Below are positions 1 through 10,058 of a stretch of DNA of 64,000 nt, one piece after another. Position numbers and translations under genes: made by a program. Numbering within the stretch: the first letter of the stretch is position 1; every line of letters starts with the position of its first letter. Where the stretch lies: assembly GCA_963758525.1 (NCBI GenBank), contig CAVWVQ010000003.1, forward strand, positions 4,512,001 to 4,576,000, given 5' to 3'. A model generated the notes under the pieces. The model had not been told where the DNA came from. It searched no databases and saw only the letters and a list, made by a program, of their open reading frames with translations. This DNA comes from an uncultured Phycisphaerales bacterium (GTDB taxonomy: Bacteria; Planctomycetota; Phycisphaerae; Tepidisphaerales; Tepidisphaeraceae).

Positions 1-1263
1 ACCGCGGCCCATCGCCAGGGCTTCCTCGCCGCGACTCACCCGCATCAGTTCCACCGCCAGTTGATCCATGCACGCTGCCGTTGCCGGATGGTCGCGGCCC
101 TTCCAGATGCGCTGATCCATTTCCAGCGCATCGTGGAACAGCGGAAGCGCTTCGGCGTGACGATTCAAAGCGCTGAGGCATTCCGCAGCCTGAAGCAGCC
201 CGCCTGCGGTAGCGGGATTGTCCTGGTCATGATACATACGCCGGCTCATCGCCAGTGCCTCCTGATACATCCCAAGCGCCTCCAAAGCGCGGTCCAGACT
301 TTGGAGGCAATAGGCGACGTTCTGCAGGTTCATCGCAATAAACGGATGATCCTGATTTTTGAAGATCCTCCGATGCATTTGCAAAGCCGCCTGGAGATAT
401 CGCAACGCCTCGGCGCGACGGCCCAGTGGGTGCAGGCACGCGGCGAGGTTATTCATGTTGTTGGCGACGTCCAGGTTGTCGTAGCCCTTGTGAATTCGCT
501 GGTTCATCGCGACGGCCATCTGCAACATCGGCAGCGCCTGTGCAAGCCGGCCGAGTTTCGTGAATTCGAACCCAACCGTGTTGAGGCTGTTTGCAATCGC
601 AGGATTGTCATGTGCGCCGTACAGACGGACCCTCATCTCCAGCGCAGCCATGTAATAGGGGAGCGCCTGCATGCTGCGTCCCGCTCCGTCGAGATAAATG
701 CCCAGCGTATTCTCAATAACGGCGACGTTGGGATCGTCACGATTGTTGGAGAGCCTTCGCTCGATGCTCAAGGCGGTCCGCCCGGCGACCAACGCGTCGT
801 CGCAACGACCCAGGGCAAACAGAGCTTTCGAAAGATTCATGAACATCAGGCCCATCTCCAAGCTGTCCTTGCCTTTTGACAGTCGCTGCTCCATCTCGCA
901 AGCCGCCTGCAGGTTCGGCAGCGCCTCCGGGTCGCGGCCGGCAGCATGCAGATCGCATCCGTACGTGTGCAGTGCGTTGGCCAGCACCTCCTGATCCTGA
1001 TCTTGGTACACCCGCCGATACAGCACGATCGCCGCCTTGAACGTCGGAAGCGCCAGCTCCATCCGATTGGTGGAGGCAAAAGTCAACGCTTGCCGGTAGA
1101 GGAAATTGGCGGCGGAAAGGTTCCATCGATCGCGAGCTTGCGCAGACTTCGCGTCGTCAGTCGTCGCCGCAGCCGCTTGGGAGGGAATCGTTGTGGGAAG
1201 CGTGGCGGGAGACGCTTGGGCGGGAAGTCCAAATAGAAGGAACGCAATGACTGCCCCGAGCAT
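1..1263 (-). CDS. TPR-repeat protein (kinesin-light-chain-like repeats) with signal peptide; 3' end runs off the window
   Basis: My translation of an open minus frame not in the ORF track: MLGAVIAFLLFGLPAQA..., then ~42-aa repeats such as DNPAIANSLNTVG..LGRLAQALPMLQMAVAM and DHPFIAMNLQNVAYCLQSLDRALEAL. Confidence 0.8.
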   Translation of the reverse strand, partial: MLGAVIAFLLFGLPAQASPATLPTTIPSQAAAATTDDAKSAQARDRWNLSAANFLYRQALTFASTNRMELALPTFKAAIVLYRRVYQDQDQEVLANALHTYGCDLHAAGRDPEALPNLQAACEMEQRLSKGKDSLEMGLMFMNLSKALFALGRCDDALVAGRTALSIERRLSNNRDDPNVAVIENTLGIYLDGAGRSMQALPYYMAALEMRVRLYGAHDNPAIANSLNTVGFEFTKLGRLAQALPMLQMAVAMNQRIHKGYDNLDVANNMNNLAACLHPLGRRAEALRYLQAALQMHRRIFKNQDHPFIAMNLQNVAYCLQSLDRALEALGMYQEALAMSRRMYHDQDNPATAGGLLQAAECLSALNRHAEALPLFHDALEMDQRIWKGRDHPATAACMDQLAVELMRVSRGEEALAMGRG

Positions 1264-1310
1264 GAAGCGGCGTTCTTTCCTCTGCCCCTTGTACTGGTGC
1301 CAGAGAAGAA

Positions 1311-1365
1311 GAAATGGCCAAGGCCCAATGGCCAACAAAATCCCAAGCCCCAATGACCAATGCGA
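1311..1365. repeat. 55-bp repeat, copy 1 (7-nt periodic CCAANNN)
   Basis: 52/55 identical to 4180-4234. Confidence 0.85.
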
Positions 1366-1514
1366 GACCCGCGCGCGGTCCCTCCGTCCCCTCCCCACAA
1401 CTCCCCCGCTGGGTCGAAGCACTCGCCGGCAGTGACCGATCGATGCTGATTCGGCTTGGTTGCTGAGCAGATCCATTGCGATGCTCCATGCGCAGCACGT
1501 TTCGCTTGACGTGT

Positions 1515-3249
1515 TTACTGCTGCGGATCCTGATGCGCGACTGCAATGCCGGTGAAAAAATAACCGTGATCTTTCAGCTTCTTGCTCAGGTCATCCAATG
1601 GGACCGAAACCCCCGAGCAACTGTCGGCGGTTTCGGCGCCGGGTCGCGCGATCGTTCGCCGCCGTCAAGGAAACGCGCGTGGGCACCGGCCGCGTCGACC
1701 AGCACCGCGCCGGTTGGCGGCAGTTCCGCCAGGGAACGGCTCGCGAAGAAGCTCTGCAACTGCGACTTGAGCGCATCGACGTTTTGCGGGTTGTCCAAAT
1801 CGCGGCCCGCAACCATCAGCAGAAACTCCGTCCCGGCCGGACCAGTAAGTGCGGTCGTGCGCGCCTCGCCAGGGCTGATGACATGATCGAACTGGTCGGC
1901 GCCATGCACCTGCGAGTCGGGCACGCGGAAAACCTGTCCCGCGGAACCGACCCAGAAAACCACCGCCGGCGTATCGCGCGGCACAACCCCTTCGATCTTC
2001 AGTTTCTCCCCGGTGACCAGCGGCAGATGGCCGTCAAGGCTGCTCAGCCCATCTGGCGTGATGAGTAACTGCCCGGTCGCGGGAATCGGAGCCGGCTTGG
2101 GCCACAACCACGCGGTCGCGCTCACGACCGCGACCACGGCCGCCGCCGGGATCGCGCGCCGCAGCAGTCGGCGCCGCGCCGCCGCGTGATTTACCGACTC
2201 CAGGGCCTCGGCCATCTCCCTGGCGCCGGCGAATCGATCCTGCGGCATTGCCGCCATCGCTTTAAGGGCGATCTGCTTCAATCGCGGGGAGACTTCCGCC
2301 TTCTCCAGGATGCCGCGATCAAACTGGCAACTTGCAGCACGCGCCAGCAGCTCGTCCCGCGCCGCCCCGGCAAATGGAGGTGTCCCCGTAATCAGGAAAT
2401 AAAGGACCGCGCCAAGGGCAAAGACGTCGCTGAGGCCCGTGATTGCCGTGAACTCAGATCGGGCCTGCTCGGGAGACATGTACTGGATCGTGCCGCCCAG
2501 GGGCTGGCGCTGGCCGTCGGTCCAGGCGCCGTTCAGCCGGGCCATTCCGAAGTCGATCAGCTTCGGCTCTCCGTGTTCATCGATCACGATGTTCTGCGGC
2601 TTCACATCCTGGTGCACGATGCCGAACCGATGCGCCGCTTCCAGCGCCCGCGCCACCTTTGCAGTCAAAGCGGCGATCTCCGGCGAGGTGAGACGAATGC
2701 GATCGCGGACGTACTGATCCACGCCCGCCCCCGCACGTACTCCATGACCAGAAACGGTCGGCGTTCAAAAAAGTCCAGATCGTAGATCCGCCCGATGTTT
2801 GCATGCTTCAACTGGACCAGGATGCGTCCCTCGCCGATCAAACGATCGTTCTTGGCAAAATCCCCGTCAGCCGTTGTTCGTGAAGAGAGTTTCAGCACGA
2901 CTTGCTCGTCGAGCGTGGGATGGACGGCGCGGTAGACGCTCGCCTGGCCGCCGCTGCCCAGCGCGCCGATGACGAGATATTTGCCGATCTTCTCGGGAGT
3001 CGAAGAGGGAGGCGTCGCCGCCGGTGAATCTGAAGGGACCTGCGTGATCACTGGAGTTTCGGTTGGCAGGACGTGCCCGGGCTCGGCGGGTATGAATGCT
3101 TTCTGCAGTCCCCGCACTTCCAGCCGCAGCCCGCTGATTTTGCGGATGCAGCGCCCGCATTCGAGCAGATGTGATTCCAATTCAGCCGACGGCTCGTCGC
3201 CGGTGGCGACCGCCAGCAATTCCTCTTCGCTTGGACACACCGTGATCAT
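1515..3249 (-). CDS. Ser/Thr protein kinase with N-terminal zinc-finger anti-sigma-like motif, TM helix and C-terminal DUF4384-like domain; frameshifts at ~2720 and ~1610
   Basis: ORFs 2665-3249 (ESHLLECGRC, LGSGGQASVY, VVLK) and 1586-2722 (HQDVKPQN, DFG, GTIQYMSPEQ) join; an alternative frame extends the C-terminus to TAA at 1515. Confidence 0.85.
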
Positions 3250-3264
3250 GGCAGGATCGGTTTA

Positions 3265-3425
3265 CAGCCCGTTCCAGAACCTTAAGGTATTTCGTTACCG
3301 TTTAGCCGCGCCGCGCAGCGAAGCGTCCAGCGGCACTTTCCGCGAGTTGGACGCAAGCCGTCAAATACGCGCTCTTGGACGCGCTTCGCTGCGCGGCGCG
3401 GCTAAACAGGTTCTGAAACCGCCTC
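3265..3425. mobile_element. MITE-like element with IS5-like imperfect TIRs, TTA flanks and an internal REP doublet
   Basis: Ends cagcccgttccagaacc / ggttctgaaaccgcctc (13/17); TTA on both sides; internal IR gtttagccgcgccgcgcagcgaagcg...cgcttcgctgcgcggcgcggctaaac. Confidence 0.65.
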
Positions 3426-4025
3426 TTATGCCAGCTCTTCGTCGTGCCGTGCACACAACTCGCGGATCTTCTCAAGTACGCGGTGCGCATTAGTATAGAC
3501 CGCGTTCACGCTCAAGCCTAATTCCTCGGCCACCTCCGGCCCGGAACGGCCGCGCAGCGTGCGTTGCTCGAAGCAGGCCCACGTCTTAGGTTCGAACGAT
3601 TCCTGACTTTTTTTCATCGCAAACTGCATGATTTGTTCGTGATGCAGTTGCTCCCACTCCCGGCTCAGTTCCTCGGTGACTGACGGAACAATCGGCCCGG
3701 TGAAGTTGCTCTCCTGCCCAAACGCCGGCGGCTGGTTTTGCCGCCGTCGCGCCCAATCGCGGATGGCGTTGATCGTGACTTCAAACAGCCAGGTTCGAAA
3801 GCGGCCCCGCTGACGATCCAAGTCGAACTTTGCCATCGCCGGGCGAAGCTTGTTCAGAAAGATGTCCTGCACCAGGTCCTCGGCGTCGTGCTCGCGCACA
3901 TCATGTTTGCGGACATACCGGATCAGCAGCGGGTGGTAGATCTCGTAGAACTCACCCCAGCTTTGTTTGTCGTTGGGGTCGTGGAGGCCTCGAAGCAGCG
4001 ACGATCTGGTCTGGTCGGCGTCCAT
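3426..4025 (-). CDS. ECF sigma-70 factor (planctomycete STK-associated type)
   Basis: TRSSLLRGL...WGEFYEIYHPLL, DAEDLVQDIF, RGRFRTWL, EVAEELGLSVNAVYTNAHRVL. Confidence 0.92.
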   Translation of the reverse strand: MDADQTRSSLLRGLHDPNDKQSWGEFYEIYHPLLIRYVRKHDVREHDAEDLVQDIFLNKLRPAMAKFDLDRQRGRFRTWLFEVTINAIRDWARRRQNQPPAFGQESNFTGPIVPSVTEELSREWEQLHHEQIMQFAMKKSQESFEPKTWACFEQRTLRGRSGPEVAEELGLSVNAVYTNAHRVLEKIRELCARHDEELA

Positions 4026-4120
4026 TTTCGGTGCAAGTTTATCCCGTCCTCCGGTCGGCCGTCCATCAAATTGCGATTGTCCGCAAGGCGGGGGGGCCGT
4101 GGCGCTCTCGGCGAGCGGAT

Positions 4121-4170
4121 TTCCCCCTCCCCTGGTACTCGGGGGGAGGGCTGGCGTGGGCGGTGGGGGC
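4121..4170. repeat. CCCTCCCC-GTAC-GGGGAGGG REP-like palindrome family (related copies ~5545-5682, 50900-50942, 56323-56365, 61455-61582)
   Basis: Recurring intergenic hairpin ccctcccc(c/t)gg(a)gtac(c/t)(a/g)ggggaggg with a ccc(t/c)caccc tail. Confidence 0.7.
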
Positions 4171-4179
4171 AGAGACTCA

Positions 4180-4234
4180 GAAATGTCCAAGGCCCAATGG
4201 CCAACAAAATCCCAAGCCGCAATGACCAAGGCGA
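4180..4234. repeat. 55-bp repeat, copy 2
   Basis: Matches 1311-1365 with 3 mismatches; followed by a partial inverted arm (ttgggccttggggtttgg). Confidence 0.85.
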
Positions 4235-4585
4235 ATGAACCTTGGGCCTTGGGGTTTGGTGCGTTGTTAGCCATTGAAGCCTTAAAAATTCGCCGGCTCT
4301 GTAAGGGTTGTCGTGCCCTTGCGTACCACGGATGACGAGGCGAACGAGCCGCCAACGAATCAGAGTTCCGCCCCGGCATCCCTGCCCTACGTTGGGTGGG
4401 GATGCTTTTTGCGCATGTTTCACTCACCAGATCCAACGCCAGTTCAAAAGTTTCAAAGGCTGTAAGGATTCGCCTTCTCCCCCGTACCACCGGGCGAGAA
4501 GCAAACGCTTTTCACGCTAATCGGAACGGCGAACAGTTCCAAAAAACACGGGTTACTACAACCCAGCATCGTGAAGGAGTCCATC

Positions 4586-5176
4586 ATGTTTACTTTCCTC
4601 AATTGTCGTGCGACCAAAGCCATTTCCGCCGCCGTCGTCTCTTTGAACTTCGGCCTCGGGTTGGCCAGCCCGAGCTTCGGGCATGCGGTGCAATCGGCTA
4701 ACGTCGATTTTGGTCAGCCAGGGCCGGACCAGACCGGCGAGCTGACTGCCGAGACTCTCGGCGGGATGCTCCAGAGCATGCACCTTTCTATCAACCAGGT
4801 GAATGACAACGGCCAGATCTACTATCAGGTGAATATTCCCGCGCTCAAGGGAAACCCGGCCGTCGCGTTCTTCGTGGCGGTCTCCCCCAACAAGAAGTAC
4901 GTCAACATCTGGTACACCGTGGCACAGTTGGGCCAGCAGAACTCTCCGCCTGCACCGGTGCTGCTCGCGATGCTCCAGTCCAACGACAAGACGCTGCCAT
5001 CGTATCTCGGCATCGAAGGCAACTACATCGTGCTTCGCGACAACCTCGACAACAGCGGCGTCACCGCGGCCGAGCTGATGGAGCAGTTGAAGCTGTTCTA
5101 CACCGCGATCCAGCAGACCCGGCCCATCTGCGTCGCCCCCGTCGAAACCCCCGCGCCCTCCAACCCGTTCGAATGA
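4586..5176 (+). CDS. Secreted protein with YbjN/type III chaperone-like fold
   Basis: AAGGAG RBS and signal peptide; LTAETLGGML..., VAVSPNKKYVNIW, LLAMLQSND, LRDNLDNSGVTAAEL pattern. Confidence 0.6.
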   Translation: MFTFLNCRATKAISAAVVSLNFGLGLASPSFGHAVQSANVDFGQPGPDQTGELTAETLGGMLQSMHLSINQVNDNGQIYYQVNIPALKGNPAVAFFVAVSPNKKYVNIWYTVAQLGQQNSPPAPVLLAMLQSNDKTLPSYLGIEGNYIVLRDNLDNSGVTAAELMEQLKLFYTAIQQTRPICVAPVETPAPSNPFE

Positions 5177-5215
5177 ACCTCGAACGTGATCGGCACGAGC
5201 GTGTGGTCAATCAGA

Positions 5216-5250
5216 ATCCCCGCCCGGAACATCGGGCGGGGATGTTCTTT
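5216..5250 (+). terminator. Intrinsic terminator-like hairpin
   Basis: atccccgcccg-gaacat-cgggcggggat followed by gttcttt, downstream of 4586-5176. Confidence 0.55.
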
Positions 5251-5803
5251 CTCAGTCCACCGCGTCCGGCCGGCAAGCAACGGATCACCTCAACTTCGCT
5301 CACGCCAGGTTCGCGGGCCACTCGACCGGTCAACTTCCGGCGATTGAGTTCGGGAGTCTTGCGGATCACTTCGATGGTTTCCTCTTGAGCGGCTTGCGAC
5401 GCGAACTCCAGCTTACGTTGTAACGCGCGAGGAGGCGCGTGGACGTCCCGAACGCCGAGGGTGCTTGCACCCTCGGTCTGCAAGCGAGACGGCTATTAAT
5501 AAAGGATTCGGAGGGATGGCGCACGCATCGGGATGCGGTATTCGGCGAGAGGGCGGGGGTGAGGGCGATTTCGAGCGGAAAAAGTCGCTGGGATGCTCGA
5601 AGGACGTTCACGCGGATACGAAAGAGTTTCCTACGTTCGAAATCACCCTCACCCCCTCTCCCGGAGATACCGGGAGAGGGGGTAGCGCGAAGAGACGGTC
5701 GTGCACCCCGGTGTGTTTGCCCGTTTGCAACGCTGGCGCGCGACGATAAGCTGTCGCGGACAGAAACGGTTTCGCGCTTCCCTTTGCGGCTGGAAGATCC
5801 GGT

Positions 5804-6619
5804 TTGATTGCGGAGGTCGCAGGTGTCGCCCGCTTGGATCGCCGCTTGTATCAGGCAGACCATTACATCTCCCTCCGTCAGATTCGAATGGTCTACGGGA
5901 GCCGGCGCGTCTTTGATTCGCTCTCGTGCAACTTTCCGCGCGGGAAAATCTCGGTCATTCTCGGCGGAAGCGGGCTTGGCAAGAGCACGATTCTTCGACT
6001 CATCGGCGGGCTGATTCGGCCGCAGGCGGGGGAAGTGATCGTTGACGGGCAGGATATCACCCGCCTTTCGCAGCGCGGGTTGAATGTGGTGCGTCGCAAG
6101 ATGGGAATGATGTTTCAGGAAGGCGCTCTCCTCGATTCGTATTCGGTGTTTGAAAATGTGGCGTTGCCGCTGCGCGAGCACCGGCGGCATAGCGAGCAGG
6201 ATATCGCCGGCGCGGTGCATGGCATTCTCAATGCGGTCGGCGTCGACGACGCGGATCACCTGCGGCCGCGGGAGCTTTCGGGCGGCATGCTGCGCCGGGT
6301 GGCGCTGGCGCGTGCCATCGTTGGCAAGCCGGGCGTGTTGCTCTGCGATGAGCCATTTTCAGGGTTGGATCCGCCGTCCATTCGACGGATGGAGGCGCTG
6401 CTGGTAAAGATCAACCAGCGGTTCGGAATGACGATGATCGTTGTGTCCCACGACATTCACTCGACGCTGCGGATGGCAGACCATATTTTGCTGATTCTCG
6501 AAGGCCGGGTTCTGGAAGGATCGCCGGCGGAGCTGTTGCGGACCGACGCGCCCGAGGCGCTGGAGTTTCTTCAAGAGGGGATCGAAAGCCTGCAAGGGAC
6601 AAAAATCGCTCATGGCTAA
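5804..6619 (+). CDS. mlaF: Mla/Ttg2 ABC ATPase
   Basis: GGSGLGKS, MMFQEGALLDS, LSGGMLRRVALARA, LLCDEP. Confidence 0.9.
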   Translation: MIAEVAGVARLDRRLYQADHYISLRQIRMVYGSRRVFDSLSCNFPRGKISVILGGSGLGKSTILRLIGGLIRPQAGEVIVDGQDITRLSQRGLNVVRRKMGMMFQEGALLDSYSVFENVALPLREHRRHSEQDIAGAVHGILNAVGVDDADHLRPRELSGGMLRRVALARAIVGKPGVLLCDEPFSGLDPPSIRRMEALLVKINQRFGMTMIVVSHDIHSTLRMADHILLILEGRVLEGSPAELLRTDAPEALEFLQEGIESLQGTKIAHG

Positions 6620-7388
6620 CCCTGTTTCAATGGTGGGCTTCCGGGCGGTCCGGCTCGTCGAGGAGCTGGGCGAGATGGCGGCATTTGCCGTCGATCTGGC
6701 GCGCACGGCGGTGATGCCACCGCTGCGAATCGAGGCGCTTGCGCGTGAGCTGTACAAGCTGGGCGTGCGGTCGCTGTTCATCATTTGCGTTTGCGGGCTT
6801 GCGGTGGGAATGGTTCTGGGCTTGCAGGGGCATCACACGCTGACGCGGTTCGGAGCGCAGCGGTCGCTGGGAGAGGTGGTGGGCCTGAGCCTGATCCGCG
6901 AGCTGGGGCCGGTGCTCACCGCGCTGCTGTTCGCAGGCCGGGCCGGCTCGGCGACGACCGCGGAGATTGGCACGATGGTGGCGACGGAACAATTGGATGG
7001 CTTGCGAATGTTGTCGATCGATCCGATCAGTCTGATCGTCAAGCCCAAGGCGGCGGCGATGCTGATCTCGATGCCGCTGCTGACGGCACTCTTTATCGTA
7101 TGCGGGATCTATGGAGGATATCTGGTGGGCGTGGGCACCTTCGGCGGCGATCCGGGCAGCTATATGTCGAGCCTGCGATGGGCGGTGGATTTTCGTCACG
7201 ATATTGCGTGCAGCATCGTCAAGAGCGGCATTTTTGGCCTGTTGCTCGGACTGATTGCGACGTTTCGAGGATATACCAGCGCTCCCACCGCCGAAGGCGT
7301 GAGCGCGGCAACCACGTCGAGCGTGGTCATCAGCTCGGTCACGGTTCTGCTGACCGATTACATCATTACCGCAGCCTGGGGAATTTGA
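6612..7388 (+). CDS. mlaE: Mla permease
   Basis: RELGPVLTALLFAGRAGSA..AEIGTM..TEQLDGL; GVSAATTSSVV. Confidence 0.93.
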   Translation: MANPVSMVGFRAVRLVEELGEMAAFAVDLARTAVMPPLRIEALARELYKLGVRSLFIICVCGLAVGMVLGLQGHHTLTRFGAQRSLGEVVGLSLIRELGPVLTALLFAGRAGSATTAEIGTMVATEQLDGLRMLSIDPISLIVKPKAAAMLISMPLLTALFIVCGIYGGYLVGVGTFGGDPGSYMSSLRWAVDFRHDIACSIVKSGIFGLLLGLIATFRGYTSAPTAEGVSAATTSSVVISSVTVLLTDYIITAAWGI

Positions 7389-7391
7389 ATT

Positions 7392-7898
7392 ATGGATCGT
7401 TCTCCGACGCGGGACTTTGTCATCGGTCTGTTCGTGCTTGCCGGCCTGTGCGCGATCGCGTATCTGTCGGTCAGCATCGGCGGGTTCAATTGGCGCCAGC
7501 CCAATTGGCTGAAGGTTTCTGCCGCCTTTGATGAGACGGGCGGATTAACCAAGGGCGCGCCGGTGGTGATTGGGGGAGTGCGCGTGGGGGAAGTTTCGGC
7601 AATCTCGCTGCAGGATGATTTCCGGGCGAAAGTGGAGATGGATCTGAACGCGACGCTCAAATTGCCGACCGATACTTCCGCATCGATTGTCACGGCTGGC
7701 GTGCTGGGCGACCGGTATATCGAATTGCAGCCCGGCGGCGACGAGAAGCTGCTCAAAAACGGAGATCAGATTACGTTCACGGAATCGGCGGTGCTGCTGG
7801 AGCGTCTGATCGGGCAGTTGGTGTACGGCAGGACCAAAGCTCAGCCGGCGGATAAAAGTTCCAGTTCGGCCACGACTTTGCCCGACAAGGCTCCATAA
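7392..7898 (+). CDS. mlaD: MCE-domain lipid-binding protein
   Basis: N-terminal TM; GGLTKGAPVVIGGVRVGEV; TAGVLGDRYIELQPG. Confidence 0.93.
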   Translation: MDRSPTRDFVIGLFVLAGLCAIAYLSVSIGGFNWRQPNWLKVSAAFDETGGLTKGAPVVIGGVRVGEVSAISLQDDFRAKVEMDLNATLKLPTDTSASIVTAGVLGDRYIELQPGGDEKLLKNGDQITFTESAVLLERLIGQLVYGRTKAQPADKSSSSATTLPDKAP

Positions 7899-7929
7899 AG
7901 TCCCGAGTTGGACACCAACGGGAACGACT

Positions 7930-8565
7930 ATGAACCGAATCGCGCTCACACTGGTATTGACGAGTTTGACCTTGACGTTTTGGGGCGCTCCCATGGCACG
8001 CGCCGCGGATGAGCCGGGCGCCGCGCAGACGCCGCGCGCGGTGATGGAAAAAGTGATTCACGACGCGCTGGCGATCCTGCGAGATCAATCGCTGTCTGCC
8101 GAGCAGAAGCGCACGAAGGTCCAGCAGATTGCGTACGACAACATGAATTTTGAAGTGATGGGGCGGCTGAGTCTCGGGAGATTCTATCGCGGGCTGAGCG
8201 ACGCGCAGCGGACGCAATATCAGAAGGAATACAAGCAGCTCCTGACCAACACCTACGGCCATACCACTGATGATTACACCGATGAGGACGTGAAAGTCAC
8301 CGGGGAGCAGCCCGAGTCGGACGGCGACGTGACGGTGGCGACCCATATCACCGGCACCAAAAACGGCAAGTCGGGCCAGGATGTTGCAACCGTGAATTAC
8401 CGGCTGCGCAAGCAGGACAGCCAGTGGAAAGTGATCGACTTCACCATCGATGGGGTCAGCATCGTGCAGAATTACCGCTCGCAGTTTCAGGATATCATGA
8501 CCAACGGGGGGATCGACCAACTTCTCAAGATGCTGCATGACAAGAATGCGGCCAACGGGAAATAA
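7930..8565 (+). CDS. mlaC: Periplasmic lipid shuttle (Ttg2D family)
   Basis: Signal peptide; NFEVMGRLSLG; WKVIDFTIDGVSIVQNYRSQF. Confidence 0.9.
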   Translation: MNRIALTLVLTSLTLTFWGAPMARAADEPGAAQTPRAVMEKVIHDALAILRDQSLSAEQKRTKVQQIAYDNMNFEVMGRLSLGRFYRGLSDAQRTQYQKEYKQLLTNTYGHTTDDYTDEDVKVTGEQPESDGDVTVATHITGTKNGKSGQDVATVNYRLRKQDSQWKVIDFTIDGVSIVQNYRSQFQDIMTNGGIDQLLKMLHDKNAANGK

Positions 8566-8605
8566 TTCTGATCGACACATTGGGAATCGGGCAGGAAGGT
8601 TTCGA

Positions 8606-9382
8606 ATGTTGATTCCAGCGGGTTGGCGGACAAGGGCGGTCGTACTGTTGATCCTGGCGGCAGGTCTGTCGGGCGGATGCGCCAACGGACCCAATCCCGC
8701 CGACCCGTGGGAAAAGACCAATCGAAGCATCTACAACTTGAACGAGGGGATCGACCGCGTGGCCCTCAAACCGCTGGCCGACGGATACACGAAGGTCATT
8801 CCCAAGCCGATTCGCACCGGCATCGGCAACGGCTTCGACAACCTGATTTATTTCAATGTCGTCTTTAACGACCTGCTCCAGGCGAAATGGAACCAGGGAC
8901 TTGGCGATGCCGGGCGCATGGCCGTGAACAGCACGATCGGCATCGCCGGCATTTTCGACGTCGCAACTCCCTGGTCGTTACCCGCGCACGACAATGACTT
9001 CGGCATCACCCTGCGCAAGTGGGGGGTCAAACCGGGGCCGTATCTGGTGTTGCCGTTGCTCGGCCCCTCCACCCTCACGGATGCGCCGGGGGTCGGAGTG
9101 AAGTACCTGGCGACGCCTACGACATGGCTCGATCTGCCGCTGCTGATCACCGTCCCGCTCTACGTTACCGACACGGTGGACCTGCGCTCGCGGTTCGACA
9201 CCGTCGTGCGCTTCCGAAACGATACGGCGATCGACCCATACGTCTTCACGCGCGAGGCATATCTCCAATACCGTCAGGCGAAGGTCCAGGAAGGCAAGCC
9301 TGCGACGGGACCGAGCATTTACGATGAAGACGCCGATACCGCGCCAGTTGCGACGCAACCGGCAGCGGCGCCCGACAAATAG
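8606..9382 (+). CDS. mlaA: VacJ/MlaA lipoprotein
   Basis: Lipobox LSGGC; DPWEKTNR; NSTIGIAGIFDVA; DFGITL..WGV..GPYLVLPLLGPST. Confidence 0.92.
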   Translation: MLIPAGWRTRAVVLLILAAGLSGGCANGPNPADPWEKTNRSIYNLNEGIDRVALKPLADGYTKVIPKPIRTGIGNGFDNLIYFNVVFNDLLQAKWNQGLGDAGRMAVNSTIGIAGIFDVATPWSLPAHDNDFGITLRKWGVKPGPYLVLPLLGPSTLTDAPGVGVKYLATPTTWLDLPLLITVPLYVTDTVDLRSRFDTVVRFRNDTAIDPYVFTREAYLQYRQAKVQEGKPATGPSIYDEDADTAPVATQPAAAPDK

Positions 9383-9474
9383 TCGTCGGTTAATGCAGCA
9401 GTCGGCATGTGCATCACCAGGGCGGCGGCTCGTACATGCTGTCGACCCGACTTGCCGCTTGCTATACTCCCGAC

Positions 9475-9696
9475 ATGCGGAAGATCATCATCGATCCTGA
9501 CATCTGCAACGGCCAGCCGGTCATCGAAGGTACGCGCATCACCGCCAGCACCGTGCTGGAGTTTCTTTCCGCCGGCGACAGCATCAATGACGTGCTCGCG
9601 GGCTATCCAACGCTCACGCGCGACGACGTGCTCGCATGCCTGGCCTATTCCGCGCGGTTGCTCAAGCATCATTTCGAGGTGGGAGCCGTTGCGTGA
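9475..9696 (+). CDS. DUF433 family antitoxin
   Basis: IIIDPDICNGQPVIEGTRI...YPTLTRDDVLACLAY. Confidence 0.9.
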   Translation: MRKIIIDPDICNGQPVIEGTRITASTVLEFLSAGDSINDVLAGYPTLTRDDVLACLAYSARLLKHHFEVGAVA

Positions 9697-10037
9697 AGGG
9701 CTTCCTCTTCGACGAAAACGTCCCGATACCGCTGTGTTTCGTTCCGTCCCTGCCCGTCACTCACGCCACGTCACTTGGCCCCAGTCCTTCGGACCGTGAA
9801 TTGTGGACCTATGCCGCGCAACGCGCGCTCGTGATCGTCAGCAAGGACACCGACTTCGCCGACCGCGTCATGGACTCAACTTCGCCCCCATGGGTCGTCC
9901 ATTTGCGTTTTGGCAATGTCCGAAGAGCGGCGTTCGAGACGCTTCGTGCCAACGCGTGGCCACGTGTCGAGTCGCTGCTGCCGCTGCATAAACTCATCCG
10001 GATCTTCGCCGATCGAATCGAGTCGGTTCGCGATTGA
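9693..10037 (+). CDS. DUF5615 PIN-like toxin
   Basis: GTG overlaps the DUF433 stop; FLFDENVP, SDRELWTYA, IVSKDTDF, VVHLRFGN. Confidence 0.88.
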   Translation: MKGFLFDENVPIPLCFVPSLPVTHATSLGPSPSDRELWTYAAQRALVIVSKDTDFADRVMDSTSPPWVVHLRFGNVRRAAFETLRANAWPRVESLLPLHKLIRIFADRIESVRD

Positions 10038-10058
10038 TAAGGAGACAGGAGCACACCC

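Noticed and set aside
61..879. Long ORFs such as 61-879(+), 14435-15733(+), 43899-45182(-), 58776-59951(-)
   Set aside because: Antisense shadows of real genes in high-GC DNA, with no recognisable motifs
5250..5400. Possible HutX/ChuX N-terminal remnant (VAREPGVSEVEVIRCLP) on the minus strand
   Set aside because: Too short and degenerate to call without a database search
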